A stretch of DNA of 64,000 bases from Macrostomum lignano (GCA_002269645.1 NIVC01000129.1:294755-358754), one strand, 5' to 3'. Shown: positions 35,801-48,445, counted from the first letter of the stretch. The notes: generated by a model from the sequence alone, not told the origin. Program-made: numbers and translations.

Positions 35801-37325
35801 AATGGTACCACAAAATGTGAACCCGGCATCCAAATCAGATGCTTACTGTATGCTCATTAAGCGACGAAGAACAATGAAATTACACTAAAACATGTATCAT
35901 CGCGGCGTGTATGCAGGAAAAAAAGAATTTTCCAAATCGCTTCAGTAGAAGCTGAGTAAAATGCAATTTTCCAATCCTTATGGGAATTCCAATGTGTTAC
36001 CCGGCTTCCAAATCAGATGCTTACTGTATGCTTATTAAGCGACGAAGAACAATGAAATTACACTAAAACATGTATCATCGTGGCGTGTATGCAGGAAAAA
36101 AAGAATTTTCCAAATCGCTTCTGTAGAAGCTGAGTAAAATGCAATTTTCCAATCCTTATGGGAATTCCAATGTGTTACCCGGCTTCCAAATCAGATGCTT
36201 ACTGTATGCTTATTAAGCGACGAAGAACAATGAAATTACACTAAAACATGTATCATCGTGGCGTGTATGCAGGAAAAAAAGAATTTTCCAAATCGCTTCA
36301 GTAGAAGCTGAGTAAAATGCAATTTTCCAATCCTTATGGGAATTCCAATGTGTTACCCGGCTTCCAAATCAGATGCTTACTGTATGCTTATTAAGCGACG
36401 AAGAACAATGAAATTACACTAAAACATGTATCATCGCGGCGTGTATGCAGGAAAAAAAGAATTTTCCAAATCGCTTCAGTAGAAGCTGAGTAAAATGCAA
36501 TTTTCCAATCCTTATGGGAATTCCAATGTGTTACCCGGCTTCCAAATCAGATGCTTACTGTATGATTATTAAGCGACAAAGAACAATGAAATTACACTAA
36601 AACATGTATCATCGCGGCGTGTATGCAGGAAAAAAAGAATTTTCCAAATCACTTCAGTAGAAGCTGAGTAAAATGCAATTTTCCGATCCTTACGGGAATT
36701 TGTATGTTTAAATAATAAACTTATGTTGAATACAATTTATTGCAAACGAACTCTACAAAATACACGTTGTCAAGAGTAACGAAAGTGATAAACAAATAAA
36801 ACCTTAAAATAATGTTAAATATGTTGTAGAATTATAGAGTGTAACATTATAAGATAGTTAAAGTTAATAAAATACATTATTATAGCTTTTCAATCATTTT
36901 CATTAGACTCATTTTAGGTCGTAATTAAACTTACCGTTTTAACAAATCATTTTATTAAAAATAAAGCTATACGAAAATAATTTGTGCTTTAATAGACTTT
37001 TTTACTTTTTAAAAACTTGAATAAATTTATTTTATTGCTTTATTGCTTTCAAATTGCCAAAAAACGAATTTTCATAAAACTTGCCCCCGATTTTTGGATT
37101 TCCCCAAATCAAATGTTCATTGAAAAAGATTTTTTAAAAGTGTAGAAGAAAGGTTGTATTCACCTGTTCTTCAACGGCCACTCGGAAAGGATGGATGGCT
37201 TTTTCTGAATCGGGTAACGAGCTACCATCGGGATTCGACACAGGATCTTTGGAAAAAGTCGACTTAAAACGTGTACAACATCCACTACAATAGTAAGACT
37301 TAAAGAACGTTATGCGACGCAACAT
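29873..37325 (-). CDS. GARS: Glycyl-tRNA synthetase (eukaryotic alpha2 type) with N-terminal transit-like peptide and WHEP domain
   Basis: Exons: 37325-37164, 35130-35026, 34925-34823, 34591-34249, 33664-33350, 32923-32510, 31743-31272, 29989-29873; 2031 nt, 676 aa. Motifs: SIYGGVAGLYDFGP, SGHVEKF, LRPETAQGIF, FRNE..PRSGL.R.REF, MAHYA.DCWDAE, ECVGCADR, VEPSFG.GR, SIGKRYARCD, TVTLRERDS. Confidence 0.95.
30120..30797. repeat. ~23-bp minisatellite (agtcactctctctaatctccccc)n
   Basis: Tandem copies in the last GlyRS intron. Confidence 0.93.
30800..31266. repeat. 12-bp minisatellite (cagacagaacag)n
   Basis: Abuts the GlyRS donor at 31271. Confidence 0.93.
31880..32435. repeat. ~33-bp minisatellite (ggatctcaggaaactacttccggttttccaattg)n
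   Basis: Fills most of GlyRS intron 31744-32509. Confidence 0.92.
33100..33350. repeat. 35-bp minisatellite that contains the GlyRS exon end and GTGAG donor
   Basis: Minus-strand unit gacaggtgagatgagatattttatgacctggtag. Confidence 0.88.
33685..34120. repeat. 21-bp minisatellite (actgagaatggggtggagtct)n, decaying
   Basis: Tandem copies in a GlyRS intron. Confidence 0.85.
35821..36700. repeat. 178-bp satellite-like unit, ~5 copies
   Basis: Units start at 35821, 35999, 36177, 36355 and 36533. Confidence 0.93.
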
Positions 37326-38271
37326 TTATGGTACAGTTACACAAGAAGATAGAAAATAAAAAACTGTGTCGTGAGCAAACAACCGTATATAAATAAGCTA
37401 TCAATCACAACATACCGCAGCTAGCGTCAGACTAACCCAATCAGTCACATTCGCATTGTAAACAGATTTTTTAAAGATTCGTTTCTGTGAAAAATTACTT
37501 TTTAAAAGATCTTGTAACCCAAGACTTTAAACTAATATAAACATGGATTAAAGAGTTTTTAATATAGAATTTAAAGTATTTATTTTAAAAGAAAGCTAGC
37601 ATTTGCGAAAATATTTATAAGCGTAAATTTGGTTTGTTTTACTACTTCACTGAGTGGCTACTCTTTTTTAACTTGAGGGGAATACATATTTATTGGATCA
37701 TCTCGAAAACAGCCAGAGCAGCCGAGCAGGCAGGCACAGGCAGGCTAGGCTACAGCAAGCAAGCAAGGCTGTTAAGCAAGATAAGCAAGCTGATAAGCAA
37801 GCCCTCTGGCTATACTGCGCGCGCACGTATGACCTATTGCAACGTAGTGGTACGGAGTGCCAAAAAGCTATCGACTTAGTCCATCTACCAGATGTCCAAA
37901 AGTCAACTTTTAATTTATATAGACTGGATCTGGAGTCTGTAGATATGCCTTATATTAGTAATAATGAGTTTGACCAGTGCTTTTGATATATTTAACTTAT
38001 TATATTGTTTTTATCTGTTAAGATAGGTCCTAGGTGAGGTATAACTGACAAGAGCTATGAGTTATAAAATGCTGATTTCAGTGATAAAAAGGGCAAAAAT
38101 TGTAATACCCCCTTGTAATGCTCATTTGCTGGCTGCATTTTCCATCACTCACATAAATGACATGAGCCACATAGCATAACTAGGGCCTATGTCAATATAG
38201 TTCGTTATTGTCTATTTTTAGTTGCATCTATCTGTTTCTACATTTTGTAATATTAATATATAACTTAGAAG

Positions 38272-39156
38272 TAGGCATTCCAATCCTAGGATCCTGGGAT
38301 CCCAGGATTTAGCCTCAAAACACGGGATTTCAATCCCAGGATTTTTTAGGACTTGAAATTTCAGGATTTATGATCCTTAGGATTATAATAACAGTGTGGG
38401 ATTGGTATCCTAGGATTGTAAGGCTTAAATCCTGGGATTGTTTTGGGATTCAAACTGATATTAATTCTCTTTTTTCAACTAAAATAATCATGTAAAATTT
38501 GAAAAAAAAGATTCAACTTAAAAAAATATGAAATAAAACAACTGCAGCTTGCATGTCTATATCAAAATCACATATAAAAAGTAGCAAAATTTGTTAGAGC
38601 AGTTTGTTAAGCAGAAATTTTTTTTTCATTTTCATAAGGTGTAATTTAATTTCACATGTTTGTCAGTTGCGTGATGTCTTATAACACTGTAATGTGGCAT
38701 TAAACATGACATTCACTTTGATAATTTACATTGATATTGCATAGCTAGCTATATAACCTATATTAAAATAAGTTATTATTGTTGTAATCAATTATTATCA
38801 ATTATCTTTTATGGATAAATATTATTTATTATTATCAAACAATTTTCTATTTTTACTTGTATAATAAATAAGCAAAGAGAAGTTTATTGCATAAATATAC
38901 CACTTTGGACCATTAGCTATCATTATAAATATCATAATTATACTTTGTGGTCATGGTGGAAGCTAGATGCAGATGTTTCAATACATTTGATATTGGGATC
39001 CCAGGATCCCGGGATTTTTTTGAACTTTGAAGCGGGATCCCGGGATTACTCTCAGTTGGGATTTTCTGGGATTAGTGATCCTGGGATTTTAAACCATCGG
39101 GATTTCAGGATTTCTCAATTCCAGGATTGTAAATTGTTGGGATTTTGGAATCCCTA
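38272..39156. mobile_element. hAT-type MITE (885 bp)
   Basis: TIRs TAGGCATTCCAA / TTGGAATCCCTA; perfect 8-bp TSD CTTAGAAG at 38264-38271 and 39157-39164; subterminal gggatccc repeats at both ends. Confidence 0.88.
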
Positions 39157-39358
39157 CTTAGAAGCAGTTTTGGTTATTATTTTTAGCTCTTTATTTCTTG
39201 TACAATTATAAATACAAGAAGAATATAATATAAGTAGTTTAAAATCAAATATTCAATATAGACTAGGGCTCTTTAGGCCAGCTGATATTTAAAAAAAAAG
39301 AATTTAAATATTTTTTTTTAATTTTCAGCTATATTATAGACACAAGTCAAATATCATT

Positions 39359-42300
39359 ATGTGCTCAATTCCTCAGTCTGTGAGTGAGCAGATATTTGAT
39401 CACCCAGTTGTAATATGGTAAGTTATTTAATTTTTTATAAGAGAGCTACTAACTAGGTCCTAAGCAAAAAAATAAAAATAGAGAAAGTAAAGTATAATAG
39501 TGATACTAAGACATTTAAAGCAAACTTGAAGATGGTAAAGCAGTGATGTGTTTAGAAACAGTGAAGATTAATATGAGATCTAAAGATAAATTACCAATAG
39601 GTTTATAAAGACTAACTGCTAGCTTCCTATCTCTCAACCCCCCATCCCCAGTGGTAGCTATAGGGGTCAAGAGCGAGCTGCAGAGACTGTATGGTTTGGC
39701 TCATCACCTGAGTATGTGCCAGCCCTGCCACTGGCTGCCCTGGACTCCAGTGTTTTTGCTGCCTGCACTGGTCCTGACGATGGACTGGCTGATGCATCAC
39801 TCGCTGTCTATGATCGAAAGCCATCATTAGCTGGCAATGGTGAGTCACTGTCATGTAAGGGAGGCAACAGCCTCGAGTGTGCGCCTAAATTGATGTTCAG
39901 CATGCCAAAATTGCCCTATTGACTTACCATAATGGTGCCAAAACTGCCCTTACAAAAGTAGCACCAAACTTGATGTACCAAAATGGCGCCAAAACTGACC
40001 TTACCGAAATGACGCCAAAAATGACCTACCAAAATGGCGCCAAAGTTGACGTATCAAAAATGGCGCCAAAACTGACCTTACAAAAGTAGCACCGAAATTG
40101 ATGTACCAAAATGGCGCCAAAACTGACATTACCGAAATGTCGCCAAAGCTGACGTACCTGAATGGCGCTAAAGTTAACCCACCAAAAAGGTGGCAAAAAG
40201 ACCTTACCAAATTGGCGCCAAAAATGACCTACCAAAATGGCGCCAAAACTGACCTACCAAATTGGCGCCAAAACTGACCTTACCAAAATGGCGCCAAAAC
40301 TGACCTTACCAAAATGGCGCCAGAGCTGACCTTACCAAAGTGGCGCCAAAACTGACCTACCAAAATGGCGCCAAAACTGACCTACCAAAATGGCGCCAAC
40401 ACCGCCAAAACTGATCTACCAAATTGGCGCCAAAACTGACCTTACAAAACTGGCGATTCAAGACTGTTAAGTTACTCTTAATTGATTACTCTGGAGGATG
40501 TTGTTGAATTTGTACGGCATCAAAATTTACTGACCATTTTGTTATTTTAAAACCTCTCTCAGGCCTGCAGTCAACTAAAGTCCCGGGTTCGATCGCCACA
40601 GATGCGGAATTTTGGCGTCAAACGTCTCGAAAAGCGTTCGGCTCGGCCATCAGTTTGTACGACACCAGCCCCGTCACCAAAAGGGTGTCAGGTGACCCAA
40701 TCGCAGACTGTTTTGGACTGGTTGCTAGGGGCAACTCGGCTGTCCTGGCCGTGGCTGATGGAGTGAACTGGGGCGAGAAAAGTCGCCTGGCTGCCAGGGC
40801 GGCTGTGAGAGCCGGTCTGATGCACGCTAACAGGTTGGTGAATGGCGTGAATGATGCTTCATTTAGTTTGTGAATGGCGTGAATGATGCTTCATTTAGTT
40901 TGTGAATGGCGTGAATGATGCTTCATTTAGTTTGTGAATGGCGTGAATGATGCTTCATTTAGTTTGTGAATGGCGTGAATGATGCTTCATTTAGTTTGTG
41001 AAAGGCGTGAATGATGCTTCATTTAGTTTGTGAATGGCGTGAATGATGCTTCATTTAGTTTGTGAATGGCGTGAATGATGCTTCATTTAGTTTGTGAATG
41101 GCGTGAATGATGCTTCATTTAGTTTGTGAATGGCGTGAATGATGCTTCATTTAGTTTTTGAATGGCGTGAATAATGCTTCATTTATTTTGTGAATGGCGT
41201 GAATGATGCTTCATTTAGTTCTTGAATGGCGTGAATGATGCTTCATTTAGTTTTTGAATGGCGTGAATAATGCTTCATTTAGTTTGTGAATGGCGTGAAT
41301 GATGCTTCATTTAGTTTTTGAATGGCGTGAATAATGCTTCATTTAGTTTGTGAATGGCGTGAATGATGCTTCATTTAGTTTTTGAATGGCGTGAATAATG
41401 CTTCATTTATTTGGTGAATGGCGTGAATGATGCTTCATTTAGTTTTTGAATGGCGTGAATAGTTTGTGAATGGAGTGAATGATGCTACATTTAGTTTGTG
41501 AATGGCGTGAACAATGATTAGGCCTAATCAATTTTTTCAATGATGTGAATGATGCGTAATTAAGTTTGCAAATGTCGTGAATGTTGTTTGATAAGTTAGT
41601 GAATGACGAATAAAGCTTATTTAAGTTTGTGAACGGCATGAATGATGCTTACCTAAGTTTTTTAATATCGTGAATAATTTTTCGTTGCGTTAAGTGAATA
41701 GGCGTGAGTGATGCTTCATTTAGCTGATGAATAGCGTGAATGATGCTCTTAAACAGGGTCAGTGAATGGCGCGAAGGATGCTTAAATTCAAGTGTTGTTT
41801 AATTTAGTGCATGCTTAACCCGCGTTTGTGAATGGCGTGAGTTGTTCTTTTAAAAAAACATCAGATTTAGGGTTAAACTTAATTAATTCTAGAATGTAGA
41901 TTAGTGAGTAGGCACTAGCGTGAATTGATTGAATCATCCATCTCCCCTCTGGCAGCTACGCCGCCCTCCCTGACGCCCTGCCGGACACGCGCAAAAGTCT
42001 CAGCGTCCTGCTCGAGTCCTTCACCGCCGCTCACTCGGCCATCCTGCGCGCCCAAGGCGGCCTGACCACCCTGTGCATCGCCGCCGCCCTGCCGCTGGCC
42101 CGGCCGCCCCAGTTCGCCGTCTGCTGCGTAAATCTTGGCGACACATTCGCCTACGTGTGGTCGAAATCGCGCGGACTTCGCGAACTCACCGTCGGCTCGC
42201 ACGATGTCTGGTCGGCGCGCGACTTGCGCGACGCCGGCGGCGCTTTGGGACCGGCGCGCGAAGGCTCCCAACCGGAGCTGCACAACTTGACCTGCTCGCT

Positions 42301-43541
42301 AACCGTCTGCGACCCCGGCGACCTGCTGTTCCTGGCCACTGACGGCGTCACGGACAATTTTGATCCTGTTGTGCAGCGCATCGCCGTGCCGGACCCTTCC
42401 CCGATTGCCGATCAGTCTTCAGCGGCGTCGGCAAGTGCATCAACTCCGACGGACAAGCCGGAGCTGCGGCCAGCCGAGCGGCACCAATACGCTTTGAAGC
42501 AGATGGAGCGGGTCCTGCTGGAACACGAACTGGCCACCGGGGAGATGCCGTCGGCTAGAGAGCTCTGCGACTGCCTATTAGCCTGCGTGAAGACCGTCAC
42601 TCAGGTGATTTTTGAGTCAAGGTCATTTTCATAAGCTTGGGGCAGCTATAGTAGCTCAGAAAGAATGGCAAACGTGCCTGACTCTCGCGTCACGAGTCAC
42701 TGGCTTGATTCCGTGCGCGGCCAACCTTTATTTGGGGCTTGTGTGCACGACATGATGTTTATTTATTGAACACAAGCCCTTGCAATGATGTCCTCTCTTG
42801 AGCCTTATGCGAGGCTTGCAATGTACATTGTTTCTATTTATAGAACACAAACCCATGCAAGGCCTTGACCTCTCTTGAGCCTTATGCAAGGCTTGCAATA
42901 TACATTGTTTAAAGAACCTTCATTATGTTCTTTCTTAAGCCTGCTTTGTGCAATGCTTGCAGTGTACATGGTTTCTATTTATAGAACATTAACCGACCAT
43001 TTTCTGCAAACACCGGCTCTTGACATCTTAGTAGAAAACCAATAAAGCACGCTTGAAAATCATTTATTCCCAGTCTAAGCGAGATCTCCTAGAATCGCCC
43101 GAGTTGCATTTCCGCGACGATGGTAGCGTTGAAGCCACGAACAAGACATCAGCGGGTGCGGACTCCTCCTCAGGAGCAACAAAGACTGGCAGCAGTGGCA
43201 GGCGTCGAATTCCGCCTCGCGGCTGCCTTCGCCGAGCCACGGGGCTGGCGGATCAGCTCAACCGGTTGCCGGGCAAGCTGGACCACGCCTGCCTAGCCGC
43301 CTACGAAGTCGGAGTCTATCGCGGCGACCAGTTCGAGGTGTACGAGGACACCGCCGCATTCAGGCTTATTGGCGGCGTCGGCAGTGGCGCTTTCTCGGAC
43401 AGCGCCGCCTCGCCTACCAGTGACTCCGGCTGCGGTGGCAGCGCCTGCAGCGGTGCCGGTGGCGGCGGAGATCGTCGGCTTGGCGCGTCGGTTGTCGCTG
43501 AAGTCGGAGTGAAGCGAGTCAACAGCTGCTCTTTCGCGTGA
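39359..43541 (+). CDS. PP2C-like domain protein (Drosophila CG9801-type family), ~544 aa or longer
   Basis: Exons: 39359-39417 (tentative), 39652-39839, 40563-40833, 41956-42604, 43074-43541. Motifs: GDPIADCF, AVADGVNWGEKSRLAA, GGLTTLC, VNLGD, LFLATDGVTDNFDP, PGKLDHA. The 5' end is uncertain. Confidence 0.85.
39930..40450. repeat. ~21-22-bp GGCGCC minisatellite (aaaatggcgccaaaactgacctacc)
   Basis: Degenerate tandem copies in an intron. Confidence 0.85.
40838..41800. repeat. 32-bp minisatellite (tgaatggcgtgaatgatgcttcatttagtttg)n
   Basis: Starts directly after the donor at 40834 and decays to the right. Confidence 0.93.
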
Positions 43542-44700
43542 GTACAAGGATGTGGTTGCTACCCAGTTTATCGGTGGTAGAGTAATGCTACTCGGTTGCT
43601 AGATGCTGTTGCTACGTAGTTGCTATGCGGTTGCTACCCAGCGGCTTTGCGGCTTCTGTTTAGTTTTTAAGGTTGCTACCCAGTTGCTATGCGGTTTCTA
43701 CCTAGTATCTGAGGTTGCTACCCAGTTGCTATGCTGTTATTGCCTAGTTTCTATGCTTTTACTACCAAGTAGCTACGCAATTAAAAAAATTGCATTAGAC
43801 ATTATTCACTTTTCCTGCATGACACACTGTAACATGATTATTAGCTCGTTACATGTAGTATAATGCTACGCCTCAAGTATTGTACAGACTCGGTATGCGC
43901 TGATGATGGGAATAGATTAGATTATCCGCACTCAGCATTAGTTAGTTAGAATATTATACATACAGAGAGCTTTTATACGCTTGAACTGGCACAGAGAGAT
44001 AGGGAATCAGAGAGATGGAGAAAACAGTGGAGCTGAGGATGCTTCTGAGGATGCTGCTGAGAAACTTAGTACATCCAGAGCGGGAGGCACAATGGAAAAG
44101 CCCCCCCCCCATCAGCTTGCAAGCCTCAGCGAGTCAAAATCTAATTTGGGAGAACTTCATTAAAGATAAAAGCGTGCAGCCTTCGAAGCAGCGGTCGGTT
44201 TGACTGCTGCAGAAATTCTTGGCTCTGTTTTGCTTTTTATTCCTTCCGCGCTGAAAGGCATCGATCAAATAGAGTTGGTTCCAGAGGGGTTCCAGATCTT
44301 AGGGGGGGGTTTTAATCTCCCACATTTTCCTCATTTCACTGGTTGCCATGCAGATTAATTCCATGCCCAGATCCCAGATCTGTAGGCCTTATATGGCGAA
44401 AGAAGTGCTTCCTTTTCCCCGACTAAAGTCTGCATATATATTTGAGGCATTCTGCCCCATATCTGTCTGGTGGAATCTCAATAAAGGTATTGACTTTGAG
44501 AATTTTTACATGTACTTTTTAGTGGCTTAGAATCGCCTATGATAGTATATAGCTCATATTTGGCGTGAAGTGAATTCGGAAGTTTGGCCAGACTGATGAA
44601 ATAAAATTTATTTCTGAGATATATTTTGCTTCTAGACTTCGTTTCTAGGAAAATCATTGCAAAGGCTGACTTAACGCTACAAAAATATCCTACACCACAG

Positions 44701-46021
44701 CAGTGGCGTAGCCAGGAATTTGCTATGCCATTGCCACTTTTGGCGCCGCAGGCACTCATTTTGGCGCCGCAGGCACTCATTTTAGCGTCGCAGGCACTAA
44801 TTTTAGCGCCGCAGGCACTCATTTTGGCGCCGCAGGCACTCATTTTAGCGTCGCAGGCACTAATTTTAGCGCCGCAGGCACTCATTTTGGCGCCGCAGGC
44901 ACTCATTTAAGCGCCGCAGGCACTCATTTTGGCGCCGCAGGCACTCATTTAAGCGCCGCAGGCACTCATTTAAGCGCCGCAGGCATTCATTTTGGCGCCG
45001 CAGGCACTCATTTAAGCGCCGCAGGCACTCATTTTAGCGTGCGTCGCAGGCATTCTCGTTGTCGCCGCAGTCACTCATTTTAGCGCCGCATGCACTCATT
45101 TTGGCGCCGCAGGAACTCATTTAATCGCCGCAGGCACTCGTTTTAGCGCCGCAGGCACTCATTTTGGCGCCCCAGGCACTCATTTTAGCGCTGCAGGCAT
45201 TCATTTTGGCGCCGCAGGAACTCATTTAAGCGCCGCAGGCACTCATTTTGGCGCCGCAGGCACTCATTTAAGCGCCGCAGGCACTCATTTTGGCGCCGCA
45301 GGCACTCATTTAAGCGCCGCAGGCACTCATTTTGGCGCCGCAGGCACTCATTTAAGCGCCGCAGGCACTCATTTAAGCGCCGCAGGCACTCATTTTTAGC
45401 GTGCGTCGCAGGCATTCTCGTTGTCGCCGCAGTCACTCATTTTAGCGCCGCAGGCACTCATTTTGGCGCCGCAGGAACTCATTTTGGCGCCGCAGGCACT
45501 CATTTAAGCGCCGCAGGCACTCATTTTGGCGCCGCAGGCACTCATTTTAGCGCCGCAGGCACTCATTTTGGCGCCGCAGGCACTCATTTAAGCGCCGCAG
45601 GCACTCATTTTGGCGCCGCAGGCACTCATTTAAGCGCCGCAGGCACTCATTTTGGCGCCGCAGGCACTCATTTAAGCGCCGCAGGCACTCATTTAAGCGC
45701 CGCAGGCACTCATTTTTAGCGTGCGTCGCAGGCATTCTCGTTGTCGCCGCAGTCACTCATTTTAGCGCCGCAGGCACTCATTTTGGTGCCGCAGGAACTC
45801 ATTTTGGCGCCGCAGGCACTCATTTAAGCGCCGCAGGCACTCATTTTGGCGCCGCAGGCACTCATTTTAGCGCCGCAGGCACTCATTTTGGCGCCGCAGG
45901 CACTTAATTGCCTCCTGGTTTTTGGTACCCGCCGCGCCCAACCCCACCCCCTAGGCGCTTGGGGGGGGGGGGGGGGCCGCGCCCCCCCCCCGCCCCCCTG
46001 GCCCCCCTGGCTACGCCAGTG
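44701..46021. mobile_element. hAT-type non-autonomous element filled with a GGCGCC minisatellite
   Basis: TIRs CAGTGGCGTAGCCAG / CTGGCTACGCCAGTG (one mismatch); 8-bp TSD CACCACAG at 44693-44700 and 46022-46029; interior 44740-45903 is (gcaggcactcattttggcgcc)n. Confidence 0.9.
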
Positions 46022-46666
46022 CACCACAGATACTAAAATAACTAGATTGGCCACTCAGGTATATACCTAGTAAAACGGCTTTCTACTTTCAGTTCAGTAG
46101 CAAAGAAGAATACATAAGCTATTTTATAAAAATAAAGGCAGTTAATGCGAGGCAGCTCGCAGTGAATTGACAATTGTTAGAAGTCTTGAATGAAATACCA
46201 GGAATCCCAAAAATTATTGAGGATGTCGAGACTAAAGGTTGATGTGTCATGACACGCACACGCACTATGACACAGCATGGAAAGACTTCAAGCAGAAAAA
46301 GTAATAGACAGTTTTTTTTTATTTCGACTTAGAATTTCAAAGCTTTTGAAAAGCTGGTATTATTTGAAAATTTGCAAAAAGTGCTAATATTCTGCTTTAA
46401 ACTGTGTCTGTCACTAAAAAGTACAGTGAGATCAGTAAGTCCCGGTTGTCTGCATGACTTACTGAATAATGCATTGAAGCTTAGGCATCAATATATTAAT
46501 GCAATTAGTGATTTTGCGCAGTTATACTTTACTCATGATCTGATACACTGATGAGGGAGTACAGGCAGCCGAGAAATTCAATATTGGAGCTATCAGCTCC
46601 CGATTTTAGCATATAGAAGGTGCTGAGAGTAATTCATTGGTAAATAGGCGGCATGTTGGATAAAAA

Positions 46667-47525
46667 AAGCGCCAAAATCAGACATTTTAAAGCGCCAAAA
46701 TCAGACATTTCAAAGCGCCAAAATCAGACATTTCAAAGCGCCAAAATCAGACATTTCAAAGCGCCAAAATCAGACATTTCAAAGCGCCAAAATCAGACAT
46801 TTCAAAGCGCCAAAATCAGACATTTCAAAGCGCCAAAATCAGACATTTCAAAGCGCCAAAATCAGACGTACAAGGTGCCAAAATCGTAAAAAGGTGCCAA
46901 AATTAAATTAAAAAGGCGCCAAGATCAGTTGTGATGAGGTGCCAAAATCAGATATGATAAGGCGCCAGAATCAGTTGTGATGAGGCGCCAAGATCAGTTG
47001 TGATGAGGTGCCAAAATCAGTTGTGATGAGGTGCCAAAATCAGTTGTGATGAGGTGCCAAAATCAGATGTAATGAGGTGCCAAAATCAGTTGTGATGAGG
47101 TGCCAAAATCAGTTGTGATGAGGTGCCAAAATCAGTTGTGATGAGGTGCCAAAATCAGTTGTGATGAGGTGCCAAAATCAGTTGTGATGAGGTGCCAAAA
47201 TCAGATATGATAAGGCGCCAGAATCAGTTGTGATGAGGCGCCAAAATCAGTTGTGATGAGGCGCCAAAATCAGTTGTGATGAGGCGCCAAAATCAGTTGT
47301 GATGAGGCGCCAAAATCAGTTGGGATGAGGCGCCAAAATCAGTTGTGATGAGGCGCCAAAATCAGATGTAATGAGGCGCCAAAATCAGATTTAATGAGGC
47401 GCCAAAATCAGTTGTGATGAGGTGCCAAAATCAGTTGTGATGAGGCGCCAAAATCAATTGTGATGAGGCGCCAAAATCAGTTGTGATGAGGCGCCAAAAT
47501 CAGTTGTGATGAGGCGCCAAAACCA
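46667..47525. repeat. Two adjacent related minisatellites, (aagcgccaaaatcagacatttca)n and (gaggcgccaaaatcagttgtgat)n
   Basis: Tandem units of about 22-23 bp that share gcgccaaaatcag. Confidence 0.92.
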
Positions 47526-48164
47526 GATATGATGAATACTATGCAATTAAACAAAACAGTCACCTCTAATTAGTCCTAATGTTAATAAAATCAGGCATAT
47601 TATGTTTCTGCAGATCAATCACAATTTAATAGATGAGCTAGACCCATCAATCATAATAAATAAATAATAATCATGTCTGTACCAATAATCCCAATTTCAA
47701 TTTCAGCCCAGACTCCCTGTCGGACATTGAGTTCGCCGACTCAGACTCAGACTGATGAATCGCGGTTACTACTCAAAAAGCTAATCTAACCTGACGTTCA
47801 CAATTCCATTGACTACAGCCTATGATGGATTAAGTTATGATTTATTGCTTTTCTATATTTTGTCGCGCTTTTAAATAATGTGTTTTTATTTAGCCTATCT
47901 AGTCACATGCCTGATAAACGGCTTCAATGCTGTTAGCGAAGCTTGTAAATCCAATTTTTGAAAATTTTACCTTCAACTTCATTCTTGATTAACCAATGCA
48001 CTTTTAATGAGTGTTGATACTCTTTACCTGAGCTTCATTTTACATACAGCTGAACTTTTTGGTCTTTTTGTTGTTTAAATTTTATAATTGATTCCTCTGG
48101 TCTTTTATTGCCGAGTCTTGTGCTGTCGTATTATCAATCTGCTGACTGCATATTAACGTTATTA

Positions 48165-48214
48165 GTTCTATCTATCTATCCATCTATCTATCTATTTATC
48201 TATCTATCTATCTG

Positions 48215-48245
<31 letters not shown>

Positions 48246-48250
48246 GTCTG

Positions 48251-48304
<54 letters not shown>

Positions 48305-48389
48305 CATCTATCTATCTATCTATCTAGCCATCTATCTATCTATCTATCCATTTATCTATCTATCTAGCCATCTATCTATCTATCTATCC

Positions 48390-48440
<51 letters not shown>

Positions 48441-48445
48441 CATCC
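48165..48445. repeat. (TATC)n microsatellite
   Basis: Tetranucleotide run with TCCA variants. Confidence 0.93.

Noticed and set aside
37634-37986. Short ORFs between GlyRS and the PP2C-like gene
   Set aside because: Non-ATG starts, low-complexity AGC/CAAG sequence and no phase-compatible junction; probably promoter or 5'UTR.
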